Positions 45,601-58,741 of a stretch of DNA of 64,000 nucleotides are shown here, one piece after another. Positions within the stretch are counted from its first letter, which is position 1; each line of letters begins with the position of its first letter. Position numbers and translations under genes: made by a program. Origin of the DNA: Laetmonice hystrix (Eukaryota); the NCBI GenBank assembly GCA_965235115.1, contig OZ249440.1:3224001-3288000 (forward strand). Direction: 5' to 3'. Below the pieces are notes generated by a model. The model was not told the origin of the DNA, searched no databases, and saw only the letters and a program-made list of their open reading frames with translations.

Positions 45601-46119
45601 TCATGCTCTCATTGTGAGCGGGAGGTGCTGAGAATGGAGTGTCAGGGAGCGACATGACGCCTATATGGCCCCTTACAAAGCCTTATGTTTGTATTCTCAG
45701 AGGTACTACCCGTCACAACCTGTACACACTGACACACCTCTCACCCCACCGCCACCTTACCCCCTACCGTCACCCCACCGCCTCCTTACCCCCTACCGTC
45801 CCCACCACCCGTTCGTTATAAAATCTCACCAAACACCTCCTTACGCGTCGGCCGTATACAAGATGTTAGCTCTTGATGTAAACTTTGAGACCATCCGTGA
45901 AACTATAAAATGATGTTCACCTCATTGTTGACAACAATCTATCTGGATATGTGTAAAGATTGAGCCTCGTCAGTGAAGGCTGAGCCCAGTCAGTGAAGGC
46001 TGATCCCCTCAGTGAGCCTCGTCAGTGAAGGCCAATATCTGCGAGTTGACAAAAATCGTGATGACTTGCGTTCAATATCAGGTTTGCATTCTCAATGTAA
46101 CGTTTTTAAGATTGTCTCA

Positions 46120-46303
46120 TAAGGCACCGACTGTCTTGTAAGGCACCGACTGTCTCGTAAGGCACCGACTGTCTCGTAAGGCACCGAGTGTCTCGTAAGG
46201 CACCGAGTGTCTCGTAAGGCACCGAGTGTCTCGTAAGGCACCGACTGTCTCGTAAGGCACCGACTGTCTCGTAAGGCACCGACTGTCTCGTAAGGCACCG
46301 ACT
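46120..46303. repeat. 19-bp minisatellite x~9
   Basis: AAGGCACCGACTGTCTCGT. Confidence 0.92.
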
Positions 46304-46957
46304 GAGCGCCTGGTTATATTGAGTCCGCACGGTGATACGTAAGAACATACCATTCATATACAGCGCACACTTCCTATCACCTTTTGGCAGCGGTGATCCA
46401 TGAAACCCGCATGTTCATAATAGAAATCAATTATGACTACATCCCTTACAGAGCTGTCCTCCATCTCATATTCATACTCATAACAATTATGACTACATCC
46501 CTGACAGAGCCCTCCTTCATCTCATATTCATACTCATAACTCCAACTCTTTTCATTCACCCCGCATGTCGACTCTGGTGGATTTTGTTGCCCCGGACAAC
46601 CATGAATGGTAAAAAAGAATTGATAAGATCCAGATGAGAGGGTGAAGGTTGATTTGTATGCACCCTGACAACCCTGGACGGCCTCGTTTACAATACACCC
46701 CCTCCCCAGTCACCCGCTCCCGTCACGGTCTGCTTGGCAAGCCAATCCCCCTTGACATCCCATATCATGACAACACCTCAACATGGTCGACTTCTCCCGA
46801 TCGGTATACCACGTCTCCATGTCCCCGCCCTGACGTCATCAAGGGAGAACTCTGATTGGATAACAATTCTCTGCTGGTACTCACTGACTTCCGGTTCCTG
46901 CCCATGTTTTACAACTATGATCATGGATGGTTAGATCTCCAGTGTCGGCGTGTGTGT

Positions 46958-47370
46958 CTGTGTACAGGAGTTATCATTGCGATCTCCTGTATGCTAGACA
47001 TGGGTTTCTGTGTACAGGAGTTATCATTGCGATCTCCTGTATGTTAGACATGGGTTTCTGTGTACAGGAGTTATCATTGCGATCTCCAGTATCCTGTATG
47101 TTAGAGATGTTTTCTGTGTACAGGAGTTATCATTGTGACCCCCAGTATCCTGTATGTCAGAGATGTTTTTCTGTGTACAGGAGTTATCATTGTGATCTCC
47201 AGTATCCTGTATGTCAGAGATGTTTTTCTGTGTACAGGAGTTATCATTGTGATCTCCAGTATCCTGTATGTCAGAGATGTTTTTCTGTGTACAGGAGTTA
47301 TCATTGTGATCTCCAGTATCCTGGAGGTTAGAGATGTTTTTCTGTGTACAGGAGTTATCATTGTGATCCC
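46958..47370. repeat. ~48/57-bp minisatellite
   Basis: Core CTGTGTACAGGAGTTATCATTG(C/T)GATCTCC. Confidence 0.9.
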
Positions 47371-47514
47371 CAATGTCGGCGTGTGTGTGGGCCTTACATC
47401 AATTCGTAGGTAATTGTACCACCTCAAAAAGTCTTGTTTCTTTCTCGTAATGAGAGGAGAAGGCACTTTAGAATGTTTTTATATACTTTATCACCTAAAC
47501 GTACACGGCGGTGT

Positions 47515-49487
47515 CCACTGATTGCTTCCTGCACAGTCTCCCCTGTTTGGCCATACATGAATGGAGTTACCATTGGTTCATAGAGCGGCATTACGCGGTG
47601 TCCATTGCTTCCTTCACAGTCTCCCTGTTTGGCCATACATGAAGGGAGTTACCATTGCTTCATAGAGCGGCATTACGCGGTGTTCATTGCTTCCTTCACA
47701 GTCTCCCTGTTTGGCCATACATGAAGGGAGTTACCATTGGTTCATAGAGCGGCATTACGCGGTGTCCATTGCTTCCTTCATAGTCTCCCCTGTTTGACCA
47801 TACATGAAGGGAGTTACCATTGGTTCATAGAGCGGCATTACGCGGTGTTCATTGCTTCCTGCACAGTCTCCCCTGTTTGGCCATACATGAAGGGAGTTAC
47901 CATTGGTTCATAGAGCGGCATTACGCGGTGTTCATTGCTTCCTTCACAGTCTCCCTGTTTGGCCATACATGAAGGGAGTTACCATTGGTTCATAGAGCGG
48001 CATTACGCGGTGTCCATTGCTTCCTTCATAGTCTCCCCTGTTTGGCCATACATGAAGGGAGTTACCATTGGTTCATAGAGCGGCATTACGCGGTGTTCAT
48101 TGCTTCCTGCACAGTCTCCCCTGTTTGGCCATAAGGGAGTTACCATTGGTTCATAGAGAGGCATTACGCGGTGGTCATTGCTTCCTTCACAGTCTCCCTG
48201 TTTGGCCATACATGAAGGGAGTTACCATTGCTTCATAGAGCGACATTACGCGGGGTTCATTGCTTCCTTCACAGTCTCCCTGTTTGGCCATACATGAAGG
48301 GAGTTACCATTGGTTCATAGAGCGGCATTACGCGGTGTTCATTGCTTCCTTCACAGTCTCCCTGTTTGGCCATACATGAAGGGAGTTACCATTGCTTCAT
48401 AAAGCGGCATTACGCGGTGTTCATTGCTTCCTTCATAGTCTCCCCTGTTTGGCCATACATGAAGGGAGTTACCATTGCTTCATAGAGCGGCATTACGCGG
48501 TGTCCATTGCTTCCTTCACAGTCTCCCTGTTTGGCCATACATGAAGGGAGTTACCATTGGTTCATAGAGCGGCATTACGCAGTGTCCATTGCTTCCTTCA
48601 CAGTCTCCCTGTTTGGCCATACATGAAGGGAGTTACCATTGCTTCATAGAGCGGCATTACGCGGTGTCCATTGCTTCCTTCACAGTCTCCCTGTTTGGCC
48701 ATACATGAAGGGAGTTACCATTGGTTCATAGAGCGGCATTACGCGGTGTCCATTGCTTCCTTCACAGTCTCCCTGTTTGGCCACACATGAAGGGAGTTAC
48801 CATTGCTTCATAGAGCGGCATGACGCGGTGTTCATTGCTTCCTTCACAGTCTCCCTGTTTGGCCATACATGAAGGCAGTTACCATTGGTTCCTAGAGCGG
48901 CATGACGCGGTGTTCATTGCTCTCTTCACAGTCTCCCTGTTTGGCCATACATGAAGGGAGTTACCATTGGTTCATAGAGCGGCATTACGCGGTGTTCATT
49001 GCTTCCTTCACAGTCTCCCCTGTTTGGCCATACATGAAGGGAGTTACCATTGCTTCATAGAGCGGCATTACGCGGTGTCCATTGCATCCTTCACAGTCTC
49101 CCCTGTTTGGCCATACATGAAGGGAGTCACCATTGGTTCATAGAGCGGCATTACGCGGTGTCCATTGCATCCTTTACAGTCTCCCCTGTTTGGCCATACA
49201 TGAAGGGAGTTACCATTGGTTCATAGAGCGGCATTACGCGGTGTTCATTGCTTCCTTCACAGTCTCCCTGTTTGGCCATACATGAAGGGAGTTACCATTG
49301 GTTCATAGAGCGGCATTACGTGGTGGTCATTGCTTCCTTCACAGTCTCCCCTGTTTGGCCATACATGAAGGGAGTTACCATTGGTTCATAGAGCGGCATT
49401 ACGCGGTGTCCATTGCTTCCTTCAAAGTCTCCCCTGTTTGGCCATACATGAAGGGAGTTACCATTGGTTCATAGAGCGGCATTACGT
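47515..49487. repeat. ~82-bp tandem repeat x~24
   Basis: CCATTGCTTCCTTCACAGTCTCCCTGTTTGGCCATACATGAAGGGAGTTACCATTGGTTCATAGAGCGGCATTACGCGGTGT. Confidence 0.95.
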
Positions 49488-50631
49488 AAGAGAACTGGTT
49501 CTCATAATTTAAATGATGCATGTCATGAATTAATGTGCACGTTCCGGGGCCAGCTTTGTCTCGCACGCTCCATTTAAATCTTCATTTCTAGAATTCCTAC
49601 ATCTATAATCAGAACACATTTCCATGTCGCTGCTGTTGGCGTTCAATTTCCTCAAACATTTACGTTTAATCCACTTCATATTAAACACGCGGAATGATTA
49701 GTGGGAATTTGAAAAAAACTTGTCGAACTCTGACTATAATATTTCAAAAAAAAACCTTATATCAGGAGTAGACACCCCGACGGTCCTAATATCTGGTGTA
49801 CTTGTCAAGTTGATATCTGAAAAAGTCCTTATACATATAGACCAAAATTAAAATTGTGTCTCAGAGATTGCTGTTCCAGACTTACCTGTAATAACGTCAG
49901 ACCTGGTTTGACTTGAACAGGTGGTCAGTTGGACACACTTTTAATTTTGATCTGATGTAAAGCCTATTTGAGATATCAACTTGAAAATTTCAACAGATGT
50001 TAATAATATCAAGGCGTGTACTCCTGTAACTTCCCAGAAACTTGTGTCGCAGGTTTTAAAAAATATATAAAGTTTTACAACCAAAATATAAGTTTTTTTA
50101 ATGCCCATCACCCCATATTATAACTCAACTTGCACAGGCTCATGATATCTTCATTTTCACATTTTCAGCGGCAACATCAAAGAGATTTATTCCAAAGGTC
50201 ATGTCCTGCTATCATTAAAAATATGAGAATTAAAACGAGGCTGTGCCTAGCAACAAGGCCTGTGAAATCCATGTTTGGGGATTTACTTTGTAAATACGTG
50301 CCCCATTATAAATACACCGCGGCTTACGTGGAACGTGCCAATTTGATATTATACCTGTTTACATAGAGTCCGTAGACAAATCGGCCCCATCCTCTTCGTC
50401 CGGGAACAAACAGTAGACAGAAAAGACAAAGAGCTTTTATGAAATGACAGTTCATTATACGCCTATACCCGCTACAAGACCGGATGGATTTTATCTAATG
50501 ACCTTGGGTAATTAATGAAAGATTTCAAGATGCGCCGGTATAGGTTTTTGTGGAGTTGTACCTGATGGCCTGTCCACCATTTACACCGTTACCAACTGCA
50601 CCGTTGCTTGGTGTTGTATTCTACATGTCGT

Positions 50632-50732
50632 GATTAGTTATAATAGTTATAATAGTTATATAGATTAGTTATAATAGTTATAATAGTTATATAGATTAGT
50701 TATAGTTATAATAGTTATATAGATTAGTTATA
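50632..50732. repeat. AT-rich low-complexity repeat
   Basis: TAGTTATAA / TAGATTAGTTATAA units. Confidence 0.8.
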
Positions 50733-51570
50733 AGAACCCTGCACACAAACTTCATCATCTGTTGCCTCAACCTAGAAATGTACAATACTCCTTAAGAACC
50801 AGAAATGAATACCCCCAAATACACGCCCGAACGAATAGATACATGAACTCATTAATCCCATGGTATTTACGCAACTGCTAGACATAATGTGTACCTTCTA
50901 TTCTAGTTTAAATCTAGTCTTGTCATGGTGCATCTTTTATTCTAGTATATTTTTAATATAGTCTTGATATGGTTATTAATTTTGTTTTATATGCAATTGT
51001 CTTATCTATTATATAATGTATAGTTAATCCAACCGTATAATGGTTGCCAATAAACATGATTTTTTTATTCTTAATAAACCGTCTATCTGACCGCAGACTG
51101 ACGGCCATATTTGACATGTCCATCCTCATCGTGGAGGCTAGCGGAGGTCTAATGCGCATGCGTGGTTGTCCTATTGATTAACGTGTTCCGGTGTTTGTAT
51201 AGTTACCAAGCCGGGTCCTCGCATATTTCACGTTTCCATGACGATCTAACTAATCCATCCCTTGCCAGTTTACCTTTTTATCCCCTGTCGCATCCAAATT
51301 TATCGTCCCTCCTTTTAAGTCAATGTTTCTGTACACACATTTAAATGTATGGTCTATTGTCGTATAATACCTTTCTCATGTCTTCAGTGCTTTCAAAGTA
51401 TGCCGTGGAACTGGAGCCCATTCATTCATACATTATGAAGATTTAAAAAAAAAGTCTCTTTATTTACACGTCATAAAGAGAAGTGTCTTTCTTCATGCGT
51501 CATGATGAGAAGTAAATTGGTTCCATGCCATGTTTTGCTCTTTCTGCATCCCCACTTCAAACTGTACTTA

Positions 51571-52080
51571 GAATACTAGAGGCCGAGCTATACCCCTAGT
51601 ACAACGATACTATTATAAAATACTAGAGGCCTAGCTATACTCCTAGTACAACGATACTATTATGAAATACTATAGGCCTAGCTACTCCTAGTACTACAAT
51701 ACTATTGTGAAATACTAGAGGCCTAGCTATACTCCTAGTACTACAATACTATTGTGAAATACTAGAGGCCTAGCTATACTCCTAGTACTACAATACTATT
51801 GTGAAATACTAGAGGCCTAGCTATACTCCTGGTACTACAATACTATTGTGAAATACTAGAGGCCTAGCTATACTCCTAGTACAACGATACTATTATAAAA
51901 TACTAGAGGCCTAGCTATACTGCTAGTACTACGATACGATTATGAAATACTAGAGGCTTAGCTATACTGCTAGTACAACGATACTATTATGAAATACTAG
52001 AGGCCTAGCTATACTCCCAGTACAACGATACTATTATGAAATACTAGAGGCCTAGCTACTCCTAGTACAACGATACTAGT
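51571..52080. repeat. 47-bp minisatellite x~11
   Basis: ATACTAGAGGCCTAGCTATACTCCTAGTACAACGATACTATTATGAA. Confidence 0.92.
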
Positions 52081-53894
52081 TTTATCAGGCTAAACGACTT
52101 ACACATAATACTTCCAGGACACAGGTGCATATATTGGCATGTGACGTGTACTAAGTATAAAATATGTAACACGTGCACGTCTAGAAGAGCAGATAGCACG
52201 ATCGAGTTGTATAATATTGAGTATAGAAGTCGATTTCAGAATTTGCAAACATGCAGTGTGATTTCATTATGAGTTCATACCAGAGTTGGTCACTCATGAC
52301 GTATCAGATATAATTAATGGCCTTCTGTTGCCACCTTGGTCGACTTAATGATCATAAGCATATGTTACCATACTCAATCGATATATTTCGTCACTTGGAG
52401 TATGTAAGCTCGATGTAGGCCCGATTACAGGACATAAAGTAGTAACTCAAAGATTACCTTTAAAGGCGAGCCCATGGTGAAAGTTGCGTCCAGCCCAGCC
52501 AGTACTTCGCGGATGTCACTATTATCCAATAGACAAAGGCAGCTTTTGTGACGTCACACCACGCCAAGGACAGTCCCGCAGAGACGGCGTTCAGGCAGCG
52601 CCGTCTCCCACCAGGCGGCCACGTGTTGACTGCGGCGGACAGCAAGTAATGTGCAAATTGAAATTGATCAAAGTCACGTGGGCGGAGAGCCCAGTAGTTT
52701 ATTTCACACAAATATCTTCGTACGGCCATTTGTTTGTGGGAGTACGGACGGTATCGATGGCGTTATTAGCACTATCTGTTTAACGGATCGCCCGTGAGTG
52801 ATAGCTAAAGTTTTTACCCCAAAATAAGCCGAGACTTTTTATACGCGGCCGAAAGTTTCAGTGCACCATGAATCAGCATAGAGCAGTATCTTACCGGTAC
52901 CAAGGTTATTACGACTGTTATCCCGTCATGTTATAACTGTTACACAAGTTTTTCAACTTGTTACACGTATTCACCAGGAAGGCTGACCAGTATGTCACTA
53001 AACATAACCGCGACTGCAGAGAGGGTTCTTAATTAGCAGAGGGTTCCTTCTTCAGGCGCCAGGTGGCCGTGGCGTTTTGGAGCTGGTGTCGCCATCTGTT
53101 GGGAATTACCACCAGTGTATTACACCAGCGTGATACAGGGTCAACCAAATCAATGGCCCTGGCTTCTCTTGTTGGCTCATGTCGAGGAATGGTCCTGACG
53201 TCACGGGTAAGAACAAATATATATTATCGCTCGGGTGTGATCAGGTCCAGCCTAGCGTTATGGAACGGAAGTGCCTACGCCCGGACTATTTGGCCACAGG
53301 CTGACTTGTCTCCTTTTGGACCCATTTGGACTTTACCATCAAACTATTTTCCCTCTGGATGCCATCGTCATTAGGGCCGTTATGTTGGCCACTCCCGGGC
53401 ACTCACCAAGCAGAGGTCGGTCACTCTGTTAACGCTGACCAACGGAACGGAAGCGGAAGTGCTTGGAGTTTAATCACTTCCGTTTCGCGGCTTTCTGACA
53501 GCCAGCACCTGGCCTTAGAACATAGCGGATGCGTCTGGTAGGCAGGGGACCAGGTTAACATTATGTCTGTAATTTTCCCATAAACCCCATCTGACAAAGA
53601 GCAAGGCTGACTTGAACCGAGCAAACAGTTCATACGATAGCCCGTAAGATATGTCCTTGAATGTGTTTTTGTAGGCCCCGTTGGCACAAGTCGGGTAATG
53701 GCCGAGAAGTCCCGTTGGCACAAGTCGGGTAATGGCCGACACGTCCCGTTGGCACAAGTCGGGTAATGGCCGACACGTCACCAACTGAGCGATATGTGTA
53801 ATGTAGGTAAGGGTTTTAGGTTTAGGGCTCAAGTCAGAGAATGGTCGTGACGTCACGCGTAAGAAAGAATACATGTATGTTATCGCTGGAGTGT

Positions 53895-54428
53895 AATCAG
53901 GTCCAGTCCATAGCGTTATGAAAGGGAAGTACCTACGGCCTGTCTATTCGGCCACTGGTTGACTTGTGCCATCAGGTACAGTCCATGGCGTTATGGAAGG
54001 GAAGTTACTACGCCCGGACTATTCGACCACAGGCTGACTTGTGCCATCAGGTCCAGTCCATCGTTATGGAAGGGAAGTTACTACGCCCGGACTATTGACC
54101 ACACGCTGACTTGTGCCATCAGGTACAGTCCATAGCGTTATGAAAGGGAAGTTACTACGCCCGGAGTATTCGGCCACAGGTTGACTTGTGCCATCAGGTC
54201 GAGTCCATAGCGTTATGGAAGGGAAGTTACTACGCCCGGAGTATTCGGCCACAGGCCGACTTGTGCCATCAGGTCCAGTCCATAGCGTTATGGAAGGGAA
54301 GTCCCTACGCCCGGAATATTCGTCCACACGCTGACTTGTGCCATCAGGTCCAGTCCATAGCGTTATGGAAGGGAAGTTACTACGCCCGGACTATTCGACC
54401 ACAGGCTGACTTGTGCCATCAGGTCCAG
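53895..54428. repeat. 75-bp tandem repeat x7
   Basis: ATCAGGTCCAGTCCATAGCGTTATGGAAGGGAAGTTACTACGCCCGG...; a diverged single copy lies near 53235-53310. Confidence 0.9.
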
Positions 54429-54429
54429 T

Positions 54430-54845
54430 GCCTGTAGTGATTAGGTCCCTATTAAACCCCACCTGCCTGTAGTGATTAGGACCCTGTATACGCCACCTGC
54501 CTGTAGTGATTAGGTCCCTATATACCCCACCTGCCTGTATTTTTCTTTTTGAAATGCACGGGCATCAGGGGTAACCCAATTACTTTGACAATGTCCCTAA
54601 AGAGAAAAGTTGTATAGTCCTCAACAGGAATCGAACCCCGGCCCTAAGATTACTGCACCCATTCGCATAGCATAAGGTGTCGACACGTGATTAGGACCCT
54701 GTATACCCCACCTGCCTGTAGTGATTAGGACCCTGTATACCCCACCTGCCTGTAGTGATTAGGACCCTGTATACGCCACCTGCCTGTAGTGATTAGGACC
54801 CTGTATACCCCACCTGCCTGTAGTGATTAGGTCCCTTATACCCCA
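54430..54845. repeat. 34-bp minisatellite split by a SINE fragment
   Basis: CACCTGCCTGTAGTGATTAGGACCCTGTATACCC on both sides of 54535-54686. Confidence 0.9.
54535..54686 (-). mobile_element. 5'-truncated copy of the same SINE-like element
   Basis: Reverse complement of the 3' ~150 bp of 31517-31721. It interrupts a 34-bp array. Confidence 0.72.
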
Positions 54846-55056
54846 CAACCCGACCACGGTTACCCGAATGCAGAATGCTTGGCCCGCCGGGATTTTACAC
54901 CATGATGGACTGTTTGAGCAACGCGCCATCTACCGGAAAGTGGATAGACTACGTTCACCTCCGGACCCACTCTCGATCACCAGACCCATTCCCCGCTAGA
55001 GGCCGCTCGTCGCTCGATAAAAGGGGCTGGACAATGGACTGGGTCTAGGAATGGTA

Positions 55057-55225
55057 GGACATGGCCAAGGCAGGGTGGTCAAGGTGTTTGCTCACGATAC
55101 CAAGGATCGCCCCAAACCACTGCGATCAGGGTTCGATCCCTGGCCAGAGCTGCATGTTTGAAATGTTTTTCGATCAGTTCCTTTCCGAAGGCAAGGCGTA
55201 AACCCCCAAATCTGGCGTTAAATGG
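55057..55225 (+). mobile_element. Possible second tRNA-derived SINE-like element
   Basis: B-box-like GGGTTCGATCCC (55129-55140) with an upstream GGTGGTCAAGG. The tail GGCGTAAACCCCCAA has a similar reversed match near 61083-61100. Confidence 0.4.
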
Positions 55226-55560
55226 AAAAAGCTAGTAAATAACCTTTTTGAAAAAAAGCGAAGCTCTAAAAGACTACGTATACAGTCATTTAGAGCTGCT
55301 TGACCAGTCTGTCTGAACACAAACGCCTATCTATAGGTTACACGAACACGGTGAGCTGATGGAAACCGATCATCGGCGCTGATTGGACGAGCGTGCAGCA
55401 TTGTGACCGAGAAACCTTGACCTTACTCTGGTCCCCTGCTCTAAATGCTGGCTCCGCGAAGCGAGAGTCAGGGGACCACCCTAAGCCACATCCAAATATG
55501 GGAAGGCAGGTCACGGTGCTGACATCTGGACGCCTCCACAGTCAGACAAGTAGGCCATAC

Positions 55561-56990
55561 TATGGTGGCTCAAAAGTATCATCTCGTACTTAAAAATCTC
55601 GCACTCGCAAAATAAAATCTCGTACTCGCAAAATAAAATCTCGTACTCGCAAAATAAAAATCTCGCATGGTACAAACAAAAAATCAAAATCTCGCATGGG
55701 GCAAACAGAAAATCTCGCATGCTAGAAACACAAAATCAAAATCTCGCATGCTAGAAACACAAAATCAAAATCTCGCATGCTAGAAACACAAAATCAAAAT
55801 CTCGCATGCTAGAAACACAAAATCAAAATCTCGCATGCTAGAAACACAAAATCAAAATCTCGCATGCTAGAAACACAAAATCAAAATCTCGCATGCTAGA
55901 AACACAAAATCAAAATCTCGCATGCTAGAAACACAAAATCAAAATCTCGCATGCTAGAAACACAAAATCAAAATCTCGCATGGAGAAAATGCACAGTAGG
56001 AGCGCGGCTGGATCCATGCAAGACAGGGGACCAGGTACTCTTGGCGAGGCTAGGGACCAGGCCATTCGGAAAACCTCGGCCCAACTTCCGGACCTGGCCC
56101 GGACAGTCCCGAGGTGGGCCGAATGGGGACCAGGCCAATATAAAGCCTGGTGAAGGCCAATCGAAGCAAGCGTTGTGATTGCCCCATCGAAAACATGGAC
56201 GCAAACGAGGTATAGTTCCGTACCCCCCGTATTTCTCCAACAAGACACAAATATTTTCGCCAATCCCTTTAAAATACAAGTGTTAAATGTCCTCGCTTTT
56301 CTGGATGTAAACATAACGTTACCAGTCCCCACACCTGCTACGGTCTGCATACGCAGGGGCATGTTGCTATTGTTGGCCACTCCCGGCCACGCTCCAAGCA
56401 GAAGTCAATCACTCTGTTAACGCTGACCAACGGACCGGAGGCGGAAGTGATTAGCTCCGAGGCGGAAGTGCTTGGAGATCACCACTTCCGTTTTACAGCT
56501 TTCTGTTAGCCATCACCGGGCCTAACATCAAGCGGATGCGTATGGTAGGCACCGGGGACCAGGCTAGGATCAGACTGGGGCGTATGCCGACAAAGGGCGT
56601 GATGATCCAGGCCACTCTGACTACTTCCGGCGATACTGCGCTTGCGCGTCGCTTGCCTAGTTTCAACATGGCAGCGCCCGTAAAAAGCCCCATGCGAGAT
56701 TTTGATTTTGTTCTACCATGCGAGATTTTGATTTTGTGTTTCTACCATGCGAGATTTTGATTTTGTGTTTCTACCATGCGAGATTTTGATTTTTGTTTCT
56801 ACCATGCGAGATTTTGATTTTGTGTTTCTACCATGCGAGATTTTGATTTTGTGTTTCTACCATGCGAGATTTTGATTTTGTGTTTCTAGCATGCGAGATT
56901 TTGATTTTGTGTTTCTACCATGCGAGATTTTGATTTTATTTGCCCCATGCGAGATTTTGTAAGTCGAGATGATACTTTTGGGCCACCATA
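55561..56990. mobile_element. Foldback-like TIR element with modular arms
   Basis: Termini TATGGTGGC(T/C)CAAAAGTATCATCTCG are inverted. Both arms contain tandem 29-bp units (AAATCTCGCATGCTAGAAACACAAAATCA) in opposite orientation, around a ~700-bp spacer. Confidence 0.8.
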
Positions 56991-57096
56991 CCTGTCTAAC
57001 CACTGAAGTGTAACAGGTCCACGTTGTTAGATATGCCCTAACAGTTTAAAGAGGGGTGACTTTTTAATTTGAATGTTTTACACCAGAGATGTTATT

Positions 57097-58017
57097 GGGC
57101 CTATTGCACAAGATTGGCGACGGCTGTCGCGGCCAAAATCGCCGTTCCGCGACGGTCGCGGAACGGCGAGATGGGCCGCGATAGTTTGCATTGCACAACT
57201 AGAGATGGCGACGGCTTGCATTGCACAAGTAGAGATGGCGACGGCTGTCGCCGAACGGCGACGGCTGTCGCCGAACGGCGACGGCTGTCGCCGAACGGCG
57301 ACGGCTGTCGCCGAACGGCGACGGCTGTCAATATTAAAACTTTTCGGGTGGATGCCCTTAGACCCCCCAACGGACCCTGCAAAGAAAAAGGGACCGAGAT
57401 ATACCTTATGGACCCACCATGGGACCGCCTCGGTCCAGGGAAGGGACCAAAACGGACCGTCAAAGTACGGAACCCCACCGAAACGGACCCTAGGGGACCA
57501 GGTATGGGCCGAAACGGACCCTGCAAAGAAAGAAGGGACCGAGATATACCTTATGGACCCACCATGGGACCGCCTCGGTCCAGGGAAGGGACCGAAACGG
57601 ACCGTCAAAGTACGGAACCCTACCGAAACGGACCCTAGGGGACCAGGTATGGGCCGAAACGGACCCTACAAAGAAAGAAGGGATCGAGATATACCTTATG
57701 GACCCATAATGGGACCGCCTCGGTCCAGGGCAGGGACCGAAACGGACCGTCAAAGTACGGAACCCTACCGAAACGGACCATAGGCGACGGGTGTCGCCAT
57801 ACGGCGACGGGTGTCGCCACACGGCGACGGGTGTCGCCATACGGCGACGGGTGTCGCCACACGGCGACGGCTGTCGCCATACGGCGACGGCTGTCGCCGT
57901 CGCCGTCCACCCGGCGACGGCTGTCGCCATCGCCGTCCACCCGGCGACGGCTGTCGCCGTACGGCGACAGCCGTCGCCATACGGCGACAGCCGTCGCCAA
58001 TCTTGTGCAATGACCCC
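57097..58017. mobile_element. TIR element with hairpin-unit arms and internal ~145-bp x3 repeat
   Basis: Perfect 26-bp inverted repeat ATTGCACAAGATTGGCGACGGCTGTC (57103-) and its complement (-58011). Subterminal 20-bp GGCGAC-GGCT-GTCGCC units. Confidence 0.72.
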
Positions 58018-58179
58018 ATTATATTGTTTAAGTAGTGGAACCAACAACACAGTGTTCTATAGTTGAGCGCCTCCTGAATTCCTCTCGGCATAATACAAAC
58101 TCTTGCTGTCGAGGGGTTAATTGAAAAGCCAAGCCGAAACATGGCCTCCCAGCTCTCAATCACAGTGGATCCCGTCGTG

Positions 58180-58535
58180 CTGTTTCAGACACGGAACGGG
58201 CTGTTTCAGACAGAGCCCGGCCCGTGTCTGAAACAGCCCGGTCCGTGTCTGAAACACCCAAGTCTGTTTCAGACACGGACCGGGCTGTGTCAGACACAGA
58301 CCGGGCTGTTTCAGACACAGACCGGGCTGTTTCAGACACAGACCGGGCTGTGTCAGACACAGACCGGGCTGTGTCAGACACAGACTTGGCTGTTTCAGAC
58401 ACAGACCGGGCTGTTTCAGACACAGACCGGGCTGTGTCAGACACAGACCGGGCTGCATGTCAGACACAGACCGGGCTGTGTCAGACACAGACTTGGCTGT
58501 GTCAGACACGGACGACGCTGTTTCAGACACGGACG
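58180..58535. repeat. 21-bp minisatellite with an inverted portion at its left end
   Basis: TTCAGACACAGACCGGGCTGT. Confidence 0.9.
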
Positions 58536-58591
58536 GCGCCGGTTTTAGACCCGTTAATCCTACGTCTTTTGCCATCAGGGGGCAACTTTAC

Positions 58592-58741
58592 CAGTGGGGG
58601 AATCAGGGGTTTGATAGGGGGGCCACCACTATTTTGATAAGGGGGGCTCACCTACATTTATTTTTTGAATATTGACTAAAAATGAAGAAAGGGGAAATCT
58701 AAGGGGGGCCGGTCCCCCAGGGCCCCCTGGACCCCCCACTG
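58592..58741. mobile_element. Short CAGTGG...CCACTG MITE-like element
   Basis: Inverted termini CAGTGGGGG/CCCCCACTG, with TTTAC directly repeated on both flanks. Confidence 0.55.

Noticed and set aside
55925-56380. 151-aa ORF in the foldback core as a transposase
   Set aside because: Too short, no DDE or DNA-binding motif recognisable, and it runs into the repeat arm.
57069-58675. Many overlapping ORFs (up to 236 aa) on both strands
   Set aside because: They arise from GC-rich repeats of the TIR element and the 21-bp array; no transposase or other domain motifs.
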